Of a stretch of 60,961 bases of DNA, positions 10,137-19,437 are shown piece by piece. The position numbers and the translations under genes were made by a program. Source of the DNA: a virus (lineage: Duplodnaviria > Caudoviricetes); the IMG/VR virus record IMGVR_UViG_3300032323_001252, positions 1 through 60,961 of that record. One strand, written 5' to 3'. Below the pieces are notes generated by a model. The model did no database searches. It was not told where the DNA came from and saw only the letters and a program-made list of their open reading frames with translations. Position 1 is the first letter of the stretch; each line of letters begins with the position of its first letter.

Positions 10137-10454
10137 ATGGAAAACATTAAAGAAGAATTAATTAAACATCTTGGTAAGATATATACTAATCAAGATTGGA
10201 ACTTTGTAGTATGTGGATATATTAGTCTTGATGATGAAGATTATGATAGACATTATATAAATCTTGTTATAGATTCAAGTGTTGAAGAGTTTCTAGATAC
10301 ACTAGATTTTGAAGTTGATCCATATAGGAAAAGCCTCAAGGGCACTATATGGTATGCAGATGGTACATGGTCAGAATACCATGTTGATGTTGATCGCTGT
10401 TATGGTTATTGGGAAAGATTTGTTTGTCCTGAAATACCAGAAAATTGTCGTTAA
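10137..10454 (+). CDS. Hypothetical protein
   Basis: 105 aa, GTIWYADGTWS...W..F.CPEIP. Confidence 0.75.
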   Translation: MENIKEELIKHLGKIYTNQDWNFVVCGYISLDDEDYDRHYINLVIDSSVEEFLDTLDFEVDPYRKSLKGTIWYADGTWSEYHVDVDRCYGYWERFVCPEIPENCR

Positions 10455-10483
10455 TCTTTTAAATCCTTTAAATATTATTCTTT

Positions 10484-10720
10484 ATGAAATCAATGAGTCA
10501 AATTAAATCACAGGCTATTGTAGATAGCCACAGAAGAACTCTTGTTACAGGAGCTCTTATTATACAGTTTATATCTATGACTGTATTAGTTATATCACTA
10601 GTTGGATTGTTTGTTGATCCAGAACATAGTGAAGGATATTGTATAGTGTTTACATTCTTCAGTATTGTAGCAGCATTTGGTATATTACAATACGATAAAC
10701 ATAAGAGAGACTTTAGATAA
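10484..10720 (+). CDS. Small 2-TM membrane protein
   Basis: Two hydrophobic segments. Confidence 0.7.
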   Translation: MKSMSQIKSQAIVDSHRRTLVTGALIIQFISMTVLVISLVGLFVDPEHSEGYCIVFTFFSIVAAFGILQYDKHKRDFR

Positions 10721-10733
10721 GGTCTCTCTTTAT

Positions 10734-10858
10734 GAACAATAGGCGAGGAAGGTACACGCACTGAAAGTATGCAAATAATCCATTGATATGCAGGATGAGC
10801 TGTCGCATACTACTGAAGGCTCACATTTTCACAGGTTCGAATCCTGTATTGTTCGCTA
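10734..10858 (+). ncRNA. tRNA-like RNA with enlarged (~70 nt) anticodon/variable region
   Basis: 7 bp acceptor GAACAAT/ATTGTTC, D-arm GCG-AGGAAGGTACA-CGC, T-arm ACAGG-TTCGAAT-CCTGT; no canonical anticodon arm. Confidence 0.65.
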
Positions 10859-10940
10859 TGGAGAGAGTTAGAATGGCTACCAGTCAGTAATGGCTGTGCG
10901 TGGATAAAGCCTAATAATAAGTCCAACTACTCTCTCTATA
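10857..10940 (+). ncRNA. Candidate structured RNA (multi-stem junction, possible pseudoknot)
   Basis: 12 bp closing stem TATGGAGAGAGT/ACTCTCTCTATA; CAGTCA-GTAA-TGGCTG GNRA hairpin; TGGAT/GTCCA stem. Confidence 0.45.
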
Positions 10941-11044
10941 ATTATGTGTGCACAGTTAATAGATCTGGCTTATTAAAACTATTATTCCTCAGCATGAATT
11001 AAAACTGCTTTTTAAATTATTCGTTTAACATTTAATATAGCATT

Positions 11045-11221
11045 ATGAAGTGGATATATAAGTTCATGGAAGTATACATATGGTTAGTTTTAGCTTTCCT
11101 TATGTTAATAGCATGTGTACAGCATATTCTTGCTGATAACAAATACACAGCCTTTGGTCTGTTATTTGTAGGAGTTTTATTCTTGTATGTATATATAAGA
11201 GAAAAGAGTAGGTTTAATTGA
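11045..11221 (+). CDS. Small 2-TM membrane protein (not in ORF track)
   Basis: 58 aa MKWIYKFMEVYIWLVLAFLMLIACVQHILADNKYTAFGLLFVGVLFLYVYIREKSRFN, followed by terminator. Confidence 0.6.
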   Translation: MKWIYKFMEVYIWLVLAFLMLIACVQHILADNKYTAFGLLFVGVLFLYVYIREKSRFN

Positions 11222-11241
11222 TTTTCATAGAGGTTTAAGTG

Positions 11242-11273
11242 AAAGGGCTGATGTTATACGTCAGCTCTTTTTT
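11242..11273 (+). terminator. Intrinsic terminator
   Basis: AAAGGGCTGATG-TTATA-CGTCAGCTCTTTTTT. Confidence 0.75.
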
Positions 11274-11299
11274 GTTATTCCTCACAGACACACGTTGTA

Positions 11300-11533
11300 A
11301 TGAGAAGAGAAAATCTTATGTTATTAGTTGCACTTGCAACTGTAACATTGTTGATAACTATAGGAATGGTTAGCAACTATAGTGGTGATAAAAAATACAC
11401 CATTCAAACTAAGCATGGAATTTACCACACTGATTCATTTAGAATATATGGTAAAGGTATTGTCTTTGATGAAGATCATAGACAAGTTATAGTAATGGGA
11501 GATTTTGATATAACAAGTAAATTAAATAAATGA
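11300..11533 (+). CDS. Membrane-anchored hypothetical protein
   Basis: N-terminal hydrophobic helix, 77 aa. Confidence 0.7.
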   Translation: MRRENLMLLVALATVTLLITIGMVSNYSGDKKYTIQTKHGIYHTDSFRIYGKGIVFDEDHRQVIVMGDFDITSKLNK

Positions 11534-11889
11534 GAGGCATATTAATTGATGCATGGTCCAACGATGTAAGGGAGGTTACAATCGTTGAAGAAGCTGATAC
11601 ACTACAACAGATGTATGAGCTTATTGAATGTTCAACTGTAGAATGTGTACATCTACCAAATGGTAATGACCTATGGGTAGATGAAGAGGGATTATTATTC
11701 CTTACACAGAACAGTAGATTCTTTGTGTATAATGGTGTAATGCCAATACATGGAAGAGGATTAATTTTAGGGTTAGATCGTAATACAGGAGATTGTAAGA
11801 GCACAAAGCTGAAACTGGAAGATGTTACAGACAGTGTTGACTTCTATTCTATTGATGAAGTACGAGAACTAGTTAAAAACGAGTATTAA
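11530..11889 (+). CDS. DUF3846-like protein
   Basis: L..MY.LI.C..VE.V...DLWVDEEGLL...G..LILG pattern. Confidence 0.7.
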   Translation: MRGILIDAWSNDVREVTIVEEADTLQQMYELIECSTVECVHLPNGNDLWVDEEGLLFLTQNSRFFVYNGVMPIHGRGLILGLDRNTGDCKSTKLKLEDVTDSVDFYSIDEVRELVKNEY

Positions 11890-11907
11890 TTTTTAAATAA
11901 CACACAA

Positions 11908-12537
11908 ATGGAGAAGATTGAATTTACCCACAACTCAGGTGAAATCCATGAGTCATTTAATTTAACAAAAGAGCAGGCTCACAAATTAGAGTCTGTTATT
12001 GTATTTGAGTCAATTGTAGCACGCTCTATTATTAAGAGAGATTACAGCGGTGATGAAGATTCAGCACCTCGTGTATTGCGTACAAAGACTGGCGTACTAT
12101 CACGTTCTTTACAACATGCTAGTACAGAGATGGAGAGATTGTTCTTAACATTCTTATTCTCTACAAGAATCGAGGCTGCTAACACTGTATTGGCTGCTAT
12201 AGAAGCATTTGAAGAAGCATCTAATGATTACAAGCTAAAGTCTAAGCTAGTTGATGCTGCACGTAGACACTTTGGTGATGCTATGACTACAGAACAGATT
12301 GAACAGCATCTTGAAAACATGATGGCTAAACAATCTAGACCATTGAAGCCATTCAAAAAGCTTATTCGCCAAGTAGAGAATTCTAACTATGACTATCAAC
12401 TATTCAAAGCTATGCTTGATGAGGAAGAGTCATCGTTGTATATTGTAGAAATCATGGAAGATACTATGCATAGCCTCAAAAGACTAAAAGATGAGGGTAT
12501 GTTTAAGATTGGTTCTTCAGATGAGGACGAAGATTAA
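11908..12537 (+). CDS. Hypothetical protein
   Basis: 209 aa helical ORF. Confidence 0.75.
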   Translation: MEKIEFTHNSGEIHESFNLTKEQAHKLESVIVFESIVARSIIKRDYSGDEDSAPRVLRTKTGVLSRSLQHASTEMERLFLTFLFSTRIEAANTVLAAIEAFEEASNDYKLKSKLVDAARRHFGDAMTTEQIEQHLENMMAKQSRPLKPFKKLIRQVENSNYDYQLFKAMLDEEESSLYIVEIMEDTMHSLKRLKDEGMFKIGSSDEDED

Positions 12538-12647
12538 TTTGTGTGTGTAAAAATGAGGATAAGAGAGCAGCATTAACCTAAGTGTTGCTCTCATTCTCTA
12601 ATTAAGCACGTTATAGTTTAATAATTGAATTAATTAACAACAAAGAA

Positions 12648-14606
12648 ATGGAAAAAGTTAAATATTTTATACCTAATATACAGGTAAAGTGTATCAATGC
12701 ATATTGTAGACAAGATGCAATTGCTACCGTGATACGTAAAACAGGATCAGGCAATGGTGTACTTATTAAATATGCAGACGGTTCTGAAGATGTAGCACGT
12801 ATTGGCGAGAATGATAATTATGATCTAGAGTTTGTTAGTTCTAAAGATGAGCTATTACAAGAAGCTATGGAGCGTTATCCTAAAGGATGTTCATTTATAT
12901 CACGTGGTGGAATGACAGTAGAGAATTTTGATGCAGAGTATCCTCATTGGTCTGATGATGGTTTTATTTATATCAGCTCAGTAACTCATGGAGATCTTAT
13001 CGTTCGAGAGACAGATGGTAGATGGATGGAATTAATTACATCTAAAGATGTATCTGATATCAAGATAGGTGAAGTGATTAGAATCAAACCTCAAATTGAG
13101 CGTACATCGTTTTCATATTGTAATATGAAGCCTTCAGATGAGAGATTTGCTACTCATAGTGGTTGGGCTTCAGATAATCATGCAGAATACACTGTAATGG
13201 ATGCATATTATGCAGAACATTTGAATAAATGGTTCTATAAAATAGGTCCTGAAGCATGGTATGCATCAGATGCTGTTACACCTATTGCAAAGTCTGTACC
13301 ACAAGCTGAAGATGCATTTCCTGAAGAAGGACAATGTAAATCTGTTACGCCTGATTTAATAGCATATTTACGTAACACTAGAACTCCAGAGGGAGACCAA
13401 TCTTTAAAAGACAAAGCTAAATCTGTAGCTTGGAATACAAAAGGATATTGGTATGTATCTCGTAGTTCTGGTAAGCAAGACTATCCTATTGGTTACTTAC
13501 AACAATTTTTCACACAACAACCAAAAGAACAACCTATGGAGCAACAGCCCCAACAGCAGTTTGATTACACACCACAAGGTGGTTTTCAACTAACGCTTCC
13601 TCCTGAGATTGTAGGAGCAGCATTACAACAAGCTACACAAACACATTTCAGAGAGTCTGAGAAGAAGTTTGAGAAGCATCGTGAAGATGTTGCAGCTCTT
13701 GTAGAGAAGAAGAAGCAAATGATTGAGACAGAATTGTATCAGAAGTTTGAAAAGACTATCGGATGTGATTTTGTAGAGTTCAAGACAAAGGTTGTAGAAG
13801 ATTATTTGACTTCTAAGCAAATTGTTATTGAATTGGGACAAGAGAAGAAATATGAATTCTCTCTTGAGGACAAGCATGAGCAATTACCAAAGATGGTAAC
13901 ATTTCTACAGTTGTTTAAGCAAGCTATGATTGTAGGTCCGTCAGGATCAGGTAAATCAACTATGGCTAAGCAAGCAGCTGAAGTTATGGGACTACGCTAT
14001 GGTGCATTCTCTTGTAATCTAGAAGCATCTAAGTCAGAGTTAGTAGGTTTTGCTAACATTGACGGTTATGTAGAGTCTTCATTCTTAGATTTCTATGAGA
14101 ATGGTGGTGTATTCTTGGTTGACGAGTATGATTCTATGTCTCCATCTATTGCTGTTGTTCTAAACGCAGCATTCGACAGAACTGGTATGATCGCTGTACC
14201 AAACAGGAAAGGTAAAACTATAGCTAAGAAACACAAGGATTTCTATTGTATTCTGGCAGGTAATACCTGGGGTTCTGGTTCTGTAGAATATCAAGGGCGT
14301 GAGATGCAGGATGCTGCATTCTTAGATCGTTTCAAGATGTGTCGCATCTTCATTGATTATGATCCACAGTTGGAGAAGAACATTGCTGGTAAGTATTACA
14401 AGTTCTTCACTAAGGTAAGAAACTACATCACTAAGAAGGTAGACGGTGAGAACTTCTCAACTCGTTCTATGTATGATGCTACAATGTTACTACAAAATGG
14501 TTTTGCAGAGAAAGACATTCTTACTATGATGTCTGAACACTGGGATGATGCATTGCGTAGAGACTTATTCAAAACTGTAGGTATAGAATACCCAGTAGCA
14601 GCATGA
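12648..14606 (+). CDS. MoxR/CobS-like AAA+ ATPase with long N-terminal extension
   Basis: GPSGSGKS Walker A, FLVDEYD Walker B, AGNTWG sensor I, DAAFLDRF. Confidence 0.85.
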   Translation: MEKVKYFIPNIQVKCINAYCRQDAIATVIRKTGSGNGVLIKYADGSEDVARIGENDNYDLEFVSSKDELLQEAMERYPKGCSFISRGGMTVENFDAEYPHWSDDGFIYISSVTHGDLIVRETDGRWMELITSKDVSDIKIGEVIRIKPQIERTSFSYCNMKPSDERFATHSGWASDNHAEYTVMDAYYAEHLNKWFYKIGPEAWYASDAVTPIAKSVPQAEDAFPEEGQCKSVTPDLIAYLRNTRTPEGDQSLKDKAKSVAWNTKGYWYVSRSSGKQDYPIGYLQQFFTQQPKEQPMEQQPQQQFDYTPQGGFQLTLPPEIVGAALQQATQTHFRESEKKFEKHREDVAALVEKKKQMIETELYQKFEKTIGCDFVEFKTKVVEDYLTSKQIVIELGQEKKYEFSLEDKHEQLPKMVTFLQLFKQAMIVGPSGSGKSTMAKQAAEVMGLRYGAFSCNLEASKSELVGFANIDGYVESSFLDFYENGGVFLVDEYDSMSPSIAVVLNAAFDRTGMIAVPNRKGKTIAKKHKDFYCILAGNTWGSGSVEYQGREMQDAAFLDRFKMCRIFIDYDPQLEKNIAGKYYKFFTKVRNYITKKVDGENFSTRSMYDATMLLQNGFAEKDILTMMSEHWDDALRRDLFKTVGIEYPVAA

Positions 14607-15463
14607 GAATAGTCAAAGAGAAGAAGATCTTTCGCATGTATTTTGATTCTGTAGATGATTTCTTTCAAAACAGTGATGCTAAACTATTACAGGAAAAAGG
14701 CATAGACCATTTACCTAGTAGTAATAGAGAGCATATTAAAGAAATTGTTAAAGGATCAAGTGCAAGTTGGCGTTATGGTGATGATAGAAGTAAATCAAAG
14801 TTTGAAGAAGTAAGATTTGATCCTAAGAAAGGTAAAGACTTATGTCTAGATGCAGTTAAATCAACTATGGCTGATAAGAGCTATAAGAAGTTGATGGCTA
14901 ACGCCATGACATATCGTAGAAAACCTAAGTTTCAGGATGTAGGATCTAGACTATCTGTCCCACGAGCTATAGCTGGTGAGGATAAATACTTTGTTACTCT
15001 TAAAGCTGCCAGAAAACCAACAGTGCGAATTGCTATTAACATTTGTGGGAGTGCAAGTGTTGATAAAGCAGCGTTTGAACGTGTAGCTAAGACAGCTATT
15101 CCAACTATTTATGCGTTAGAACAAGCTGGTATTACTACAGAGGTGTATTATTGTGCATTTTCTGAAGGTACACATAATGGTTATAGTTATAGTGAACTAG
15201 CTGTAAAAGTTAAATCAGCCCAACAACGATTCTCTTGGACATTATTTGCTCCAATATTTTGTGTTGGTAGTTATAGAGATAACATCTTTACCGCGTGGAG
15301 TAACTGTGATGTAAACACTTGTAGTGGTCTAGGCAGACCAATGAGTCAATCATCTATAGAATCACTAAATAACCTTGGTTATGATTCTGTGATTGGTTTG
15401 AATGCTGTCGGTCCTGTAGAGAATGTAGGCTCTATTTTTAGTAAAATAAAGCTTAAAAAGTAG
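14603..15463 (+). CDS. VWA-like partner of the MoxR ATPase
   Basis: ATGA overlap with ATPase; RIAINICGSAS MIDAS-like strand, ALEQAG.TEVY, VKVKSA. Confidence 0.65.
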   Translation: MRIVKEKKIFRMYFDSVDDFFQNSDAKLLQEKGIDHLPSSNREHIKEIVKGSSASWRYGDDRSKSKFEEVRFDPKKGKDLCLDAVKSTMADKSYKKLMANAMTYRRKPKFQDVGSRLSVPRAIAGEDKYFVTLKAARKPTVRIAINICGSASVDKAAFERVAKTAIPTIYALEQAGITTEVYYCAFSEGTHNGYSYSELAVKVKSAQQRFSWTLFAPIFCVGSYRDNIFTAWSNCDVNTCSGLGRPMSQSSIESLNNLGYDSVIGLNAVGPVENVGSIFSKIKLKK

Positions 15464-15545
15464 AGGTTAAATAATTAATGGTTTATAGAGCTCTTAGACT
15501 TTGTCTTTGAGCTCTTTTATTTTCTCACACTTTAAATTTTTACAA

Positions 15546-15890
15546 ATGAAGATTGTCATTGAAAAAACAGGAAGATCATTCTTTCTACACGCACTACACT
15601 GGGTAGTGTTTGGTTTGTATGTGTATCAAACTATAGATCAGAGCTTGACAACAGGTCAGTTCTTAACTAGTTTGAATTGTGTCATCTGGATAAGTATTGC
15701 TTATGTACGTTTTCTGCAATTAACAGCTTCAGAAGCTAAATTGCAGATGTTAGAGACTGATATAGCAAGAGACATCATTGGTGGATTTGAGCAGTTCATG
15801 AGAGATAACAAGGATGAGCTCATTGGAGATCTTAAAGAAAACAAAGTTGTTAAAGTTAAATTAAAAGATAAAGATGAAAAAGGAAATTGA
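15546..15890 (+). CDS. Membrane hypothetical protein
   Basis: Two hydrophobic segments; ATG at 15546 after hairpin. Confidence 0.7.
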   Translation: MKIVIEKTGRSFFLHALHWVVFGLYVYQTIDQSLTTGQFLTSLNCVIWISIAYVRFLQLTASEAKLQMLETDIARDIIGGFEQFMRDNKDELIGDLKENKVVKVKLKDKDEKGN

Positions 15891-16251
15891 TTCATTGACT
15901 AGTCTAGCTGTGTATGCTAGAGATTATGTAGAGCGTGTAGGAATTAAGCCAGTTGCTAACTACATTGATTTTGGTGATGGTCTTAGAGCTTATTCTACAG
16001 ATGCATATGATTTCTTTGTTATGTATTATGATTTTGATACAAGACTAACTGTTCATACATTAGCAGGTAAGCTACATTCTTCTATTACTTTTAATACTGA
16101 TACAACAGCAATTGATTTAGAAGATATGCACAGTAAAGCATTTAAAATCATCTTTGATTATGAAAAAAATCAAGCCGATGTATTAGAAAAGCAAAAGATT
16201 GCACAAATTGCAGAATTAGAATCTAAATTAGCACGTTTAAGAGATTTATAA
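15874..16251 (+). CDS. Hypothetical protein
   Basis: 125 aa, C-terminal coiled coil. Confidence 0.7.
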   Translation: MKKEIDSLTSLAVYARDYVERVGIKPVANYIDFGDGLRAYSTDAYDFFVMYYDFDTRLTVHTLAGKLHSSITFNTDTTAIDLEDMHSKAFKIIFDYEKNQADVLEKQKIAQIAELESKLARLRDL

Positions 16252-16252
16252 C

Positions 16253-16747
16253 ATGGGCTATCAACCTGTAAAACTAATCTATAACTCATACCAGCCTTCA
16301 CAATTGGAGGTTGGGATGTTGTTTGCTATGAGTGTTACTATAAATGAGCATTCATACTTGCATTTGAGGAAGCTTGAGAAGCTACCACGGGATATTGAAG
16401 AATATCTACAGCATAACGGACTACCTGTTAAGCCTTATTTTATTAGATCTATAGATTCTAATCCAGATGTTGCACCAGAGGTGGTGGCATATCCAGATCA
16501 AATTGCATACTATGAGCAAGATGGTCAACTGTTTGATTTTACAGTTGATGACATGAACTACATATGTATGGAAGATGATGGATATATCGGATTATACTTT
16601 GATGATGAGACAAACCAACCTGCATTAGAGGATGGTCGTGTTGTAGTAACATCAATGGATAATGTATTCAATGCTGATGATGTAGAATGGGTGGAACACG
16701 ATCTAATAGAAAATGATGATTGGGATTGGGAAGAAGAACAACTATAA
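16253..16747 (+). CDS. Acidic hypothetical protein
   Basis: 164 aa, packed operon. Confidence 0.7.
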   Translation: MGYQPVKLIYNSYQPSQLEVGMLFAMSVTINEHSYLHLRKLEKLPRDIEEYLQHNGLPVKPYFIRSIDSNPDVAPEVVAYPDQIAYYEQDGQLFDFTVDDMNYICMEDDGYIGLYFDDETNQPALEDGRVVVTSMDNVFNADDVEWVEHDLIENDDWDWEEEQL

Positions 16748-16758
16748 CTTAAACTGAC

Positions 16759-17298
16759 ATGTTGAAGCACACATATATGGATGCTGCCCAGAAAAAAGCA
16801 GTGAGAGAGTTCTTAATAGAACACTTTAAGTTTAAGAATATAGTTGGACTAGCAGGTCCTGATATCAATGAGTATATTGAGTGGTGTAAAGCCAAAGGTT
16901 ACGATGAGTTTGAAATATTTGAAGCAGATCCCTCTACAATGGTGTCACAACTTACTAGATTAAATAAGAAAGTAAGAATGACATTTACGTATGGAGATGT
17001 TCTAAAAGCAGATTCATCAAAAGAAGATACATTGTATGATCTTGATTTCTGTGCTAGTGTTCGTCATTTAAAAGAACATATAGCCAAATTCAAAGAGCAT
17101 TTTATTATGACGTTTAGCACAAGAATTGGTATCCAGGAAACTATAGATACATTCTTCAGTGCAAGAAATGAGAAAATAATAAAATCAGAGGAAGTGTTCG
17201 ATCCTCTACCACATACAGTGTTTACAACAGAACAAGGTAATTATTTATTCATCAAGTATCGTGACACATCATCAATGTGTTGCTTTGCAAAAATCTAA
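16759..17298 (+). CDS. Methyltransferase-fold-like protein
   Basis: IVGLAGP, IFEAD, YGDVL, LYDLDFC spaced like class I MTase motifs. Confidence 0.45.
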   Translation: MLKHTYMDAAQKKAVREFLIEHFKFKNIVGLAGPDINEYIEWCKAKGYDEFEIFEADPSTMVSQLTRLNKKVRMTFTYGDVLKADSSKEDTLYDLDFCASVRHLKEHIAKFKEHFIMTFSTRIGIQETIDTFFSARNEKIIKSEEVFDPLPHTVFTTEQGNYLFIKYRDTSSMCCFAKI

Positions 17299-17305
17299 CA
17301 AAAAA

Positions 17306-17701
17306 ATGAAAGCAAACAAAGTAAGCAGAAAAGGTATCAAATTAAACTTCTACACAGAAGACCAAGTAAATGAGTTATTAACAGCAATTAGATCACAAGA
17401 ATACAAAGGTGATCGTGCTATTGCAAGAGAATTTGCACAGAAGTTCGAAAGACCTGTAAATAACGTATATTCAAAAATACGTTTCCTAAATGGTAAAGCT
17501 AGTTATCCAGTTTACAAGAAGAAAGTGAAAGTGGTTGCTAAAGTTGTTGAACCAAAAATAAAAACGGTTAAACAAACTCCAGTAGCTAAAATTGAAGTGA
17601 TTGAAGAAGTTAAACCTCTTACATTACCAAAAGGTATGACATACCAAGGTACAGCTAAGAAAGTAGAGCTTCATGCAGATCATTTCCGTGTATATTTTTA
17701 A
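17306..17701 (+). CDS. Basic putative DNA-binding protein
   Basis: FYTEDQVNEL...FAQKFERP..NVYSKI resembles a Myb/HTH. Confidence 0.55.
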   Translation: MKANKVSRKGIKLNFYTEDQVNELLTAIRSQEYKGDRAIAREFAQKFERPVNNVYSKIRFLNGKASYPVYKKKVKVVAKVVEPKIKTVKQTPVAKIEVIEEVKPLTLPKGMTYQGTAKKVELHADHFRVYF

Positions 17702-17718
17702 TCTAAATCAAAAAAGTT

Positions 17719-17937
17719 ATGTCTATTAAAACACGCGTAGGTAGAATGGTTGAAGTAATCAACCAAAATAAAAAGAGAAACTCTTCTGATACATATTACT
17801 CTGTAATGCTGAAAAGTGATACAGGAGTTCATGAGTTCTTATTCACAAAGGTAGAGCTAGATGTAGCATTATCTCGTGCTCGTAAGAACATTGAAGATAC
17901 ATTAGAACAGAGTTTTATTTCTAAAATTATAGATTAA
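17719..17937 (+). CDS. Hypothetical protein
   Basis: 72 aa, FLFT..EL..A..RA.KN.ED. Confidence 0.7.
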   Translation: MSIKTRVGRMVEVINQNKKRNSSDTYYSVMLKSDTGVHEFLFTKVELDVALSRARKNIEDTLEQSFISKIID

Positions 17938-17938
17938 T

Positions 17939-18205
17939 ATGTCTAGGACTGATACGGGCACACTCTACTACGAGTGTGTCCACCCAGACAAAGATCTGTG
18001 GTGTGAATTAGAAATTGATTATCGTTTCTATCGTGAAGATGGTTATAGTCACGATGCTAATGGTGATGGTATGCCCGATGATATAGAATTAGACTACGAT
18101 AGTAAAATGGTTTCCTATTGTGGAGAACCTGTACAAAGTATGTCTATACCTCATTGGGTAGATTGGGATAAGGTTAATAATTATGTATGGTCTAAAATCG
18201 ATTAA
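17939..18205 (+). CDS. Hypothetical protein
   Basis: 88 aa packed ORF. Confidence 0.7.
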   Translation: MSRTDTGTLYYECVHPDKDLWCELEIDYRFYREDGYSHDANGDGMPDDIELDYDSKMVSYCGEPVQSMSIPHWVDWDKVNNYVWSKID

Positions 18206-18207
18206 TT

Positions 18208-18366
18208 ATGTCAGAAGTAGAAAAAGCTGAGGAGCTTATGAAAACCTTCTTTGAACTTGCGTATGATGCAGCACAGCTCGCACAAGATCAGTATGATGAA
18301 CAGGAAAATCCTGCTCAATTTTTATTTTGGCACAGAGTTAAAATTTATATCAATGCACACAGCTAA
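18208..18366 (+). CDS. Small hypothetical protein (not in ORF track)
   Basis: 52 aa MSEVEKAEELMKTFFELAYDAAQ..., starts 2 nt after previous stop. Confidence 0.6.
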   Translation: MSEVEKAEELMKTFFELAYDAAQLAQDQYDEQENPAQFLFWHRVKIYINAHS

Positions 18367-18511
18367 AATTACTGTACAATCAACCTTTGAGCATATTGAC
18401 AAAGAGTTGAAAAAAGAGTATCTTCGTGAGAAAGAACGATACTTAGAAAAATGGGGCTTGCGTTCTATTAAAACTAATACACCTAAAACTGCTTTACAAG
18501 TATGGCAATAG
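18353..18511 (+). CDS. Small hypothetical protein
   Basis: MHTAKITVQ...; ATG overlaps end of previous gene. Confidence 0.55.
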   Translation: MHTAKITVQSTFEHIDKELKKEYLREKERYLEKWGLRSIKTNTPKTALQVWQ

Positions 18512-18630
18512 TAATTATTCTTCTCATCTCTGGACTGGTAGTCTGGAGATGGGTTGTAGGTATAGACTACATGCATAAACATCATGATCGTTATAACGGT
18601 GATGATTTATTTGGAGGACATGAGGAATAA
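18502..18630 (+). CDS. Small membrane peptide (not in ORF track)
   Basis: MAIVIILLISGLVVWRWVVGIDYMHKHHDRYNGDDLFGGHEE. Confidence 0.6.
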   Translation: MAIVIILLISGLVVWRWVVGIDYMHKHHDRYNGDDLFGGHEE

Positions 18631-18710
18631 ATTAGAAATGTACATAGAGAATAGACTATTTAGAATCATTCTAAAGATGTTGAAACTTGTTGTATGGTTT
18701 ATGAAAAAAC

Positions 18711-19013
18711 ATGATAGAAAAAACAATCAGATCAAGACAAGGATTTGAAGAGTCTAATATGCATTGTCCGTGGTGTGAACATGAGCACGATTTAAACACG
18801 ATGAAAAGAATGTTTGAAAGCTCAGGTAACAAACTTACAATGATGACTGTATGTGATGGCTGTACTATGCGTATAATGCTTCAGAAGCATAAGCTTGGTA
18901 ACTTTACTTTCTATAAGTATATTGATTACAAGAAAAGACGCATAAAAAAGGCAGGTTGGAAACAACAAAGATTTTATAAGATAATAGATTATTCAACAGA
19001 GTTTTCAAAATAA
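18711..19013 (+). CDS. Zinc-ribbon protein
   Basis: CPWC...CDGC. Confidence 0.65.
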   Translation: MIEKTIRSRQGFEESNMHCPWCEHEHDLNTMKRMFESSGNKLTMMTVCDGCTMRIMLQKHKLGNFTFYKYIDYKKRRIKKAGWKQQRFYKIIDYSTEFSK

Positions 19014-19019
19014 TAAAAG

Positions 19020-19208
19020 ATGGAATTATATAACTTTGTATTTCATTACAATCGCCACGAGAATTTGTGGTACGCTATCCATAGAGATAGGTATACTGAT
19101 TACTGGAACGGAGAACGTGATATCCAGGCGGGGAAACCCATATTCTTTTCTACAAGAATGCAAGATGTTGTTGGTTTAGTAATAAATAATGAACAAGATG
19201 GAGAATAG
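19020..19208 (+). CDS. Hypothetical protein
   Basis: 62 aa LYNFVFHYN....WYAI.R..Y..YWNG. Confidence 0.7.
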   Translation: MELYNFVFHYNRHENLWYAIHRDRYTDYWNGERDIQAGKPIFFSTRMQDVVGLVINNEQDGE

Positions 19209-19437
19209 AGAAAAATGTGTCATGTGTGGAGTAGATACTCCGTATGACAAATCAACACACGTTGATCATCGTTACAATTATGTAGATGGACTTGGTCAAA
19301 TGTGTACTCAGTGTTATAGAGAAGCGACTAATCCAAAAGAGCATATTCTTATTCCAAAAGAATATGTACACATGTATCCTAATGATATGGAATTAGGACA
19401 AGTAGTGAGACAGTTCTATAACCAACAGTATAATTGA
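19198..19437 (+). CDS. Zinc-binding hypothetical protein
   Basis: CVMC..TPY....H.D.R..YVDG.GQ.C.QC. Confidence 0.7.
   Translation: MENREKCVMCGVDTPYDKSTHVDHRYNYVDGLGQMCTQCYREATNPKEHILIPKEYVHMYPNDMELGQVVRQFYNQQYN

Noticed and set aside
10734-10858. Canonical tRNA or tmRNA call
   Set aside because: No 5 bp/7 nt anticodon arm; too short for tmRNA; kept only as tRNA-like
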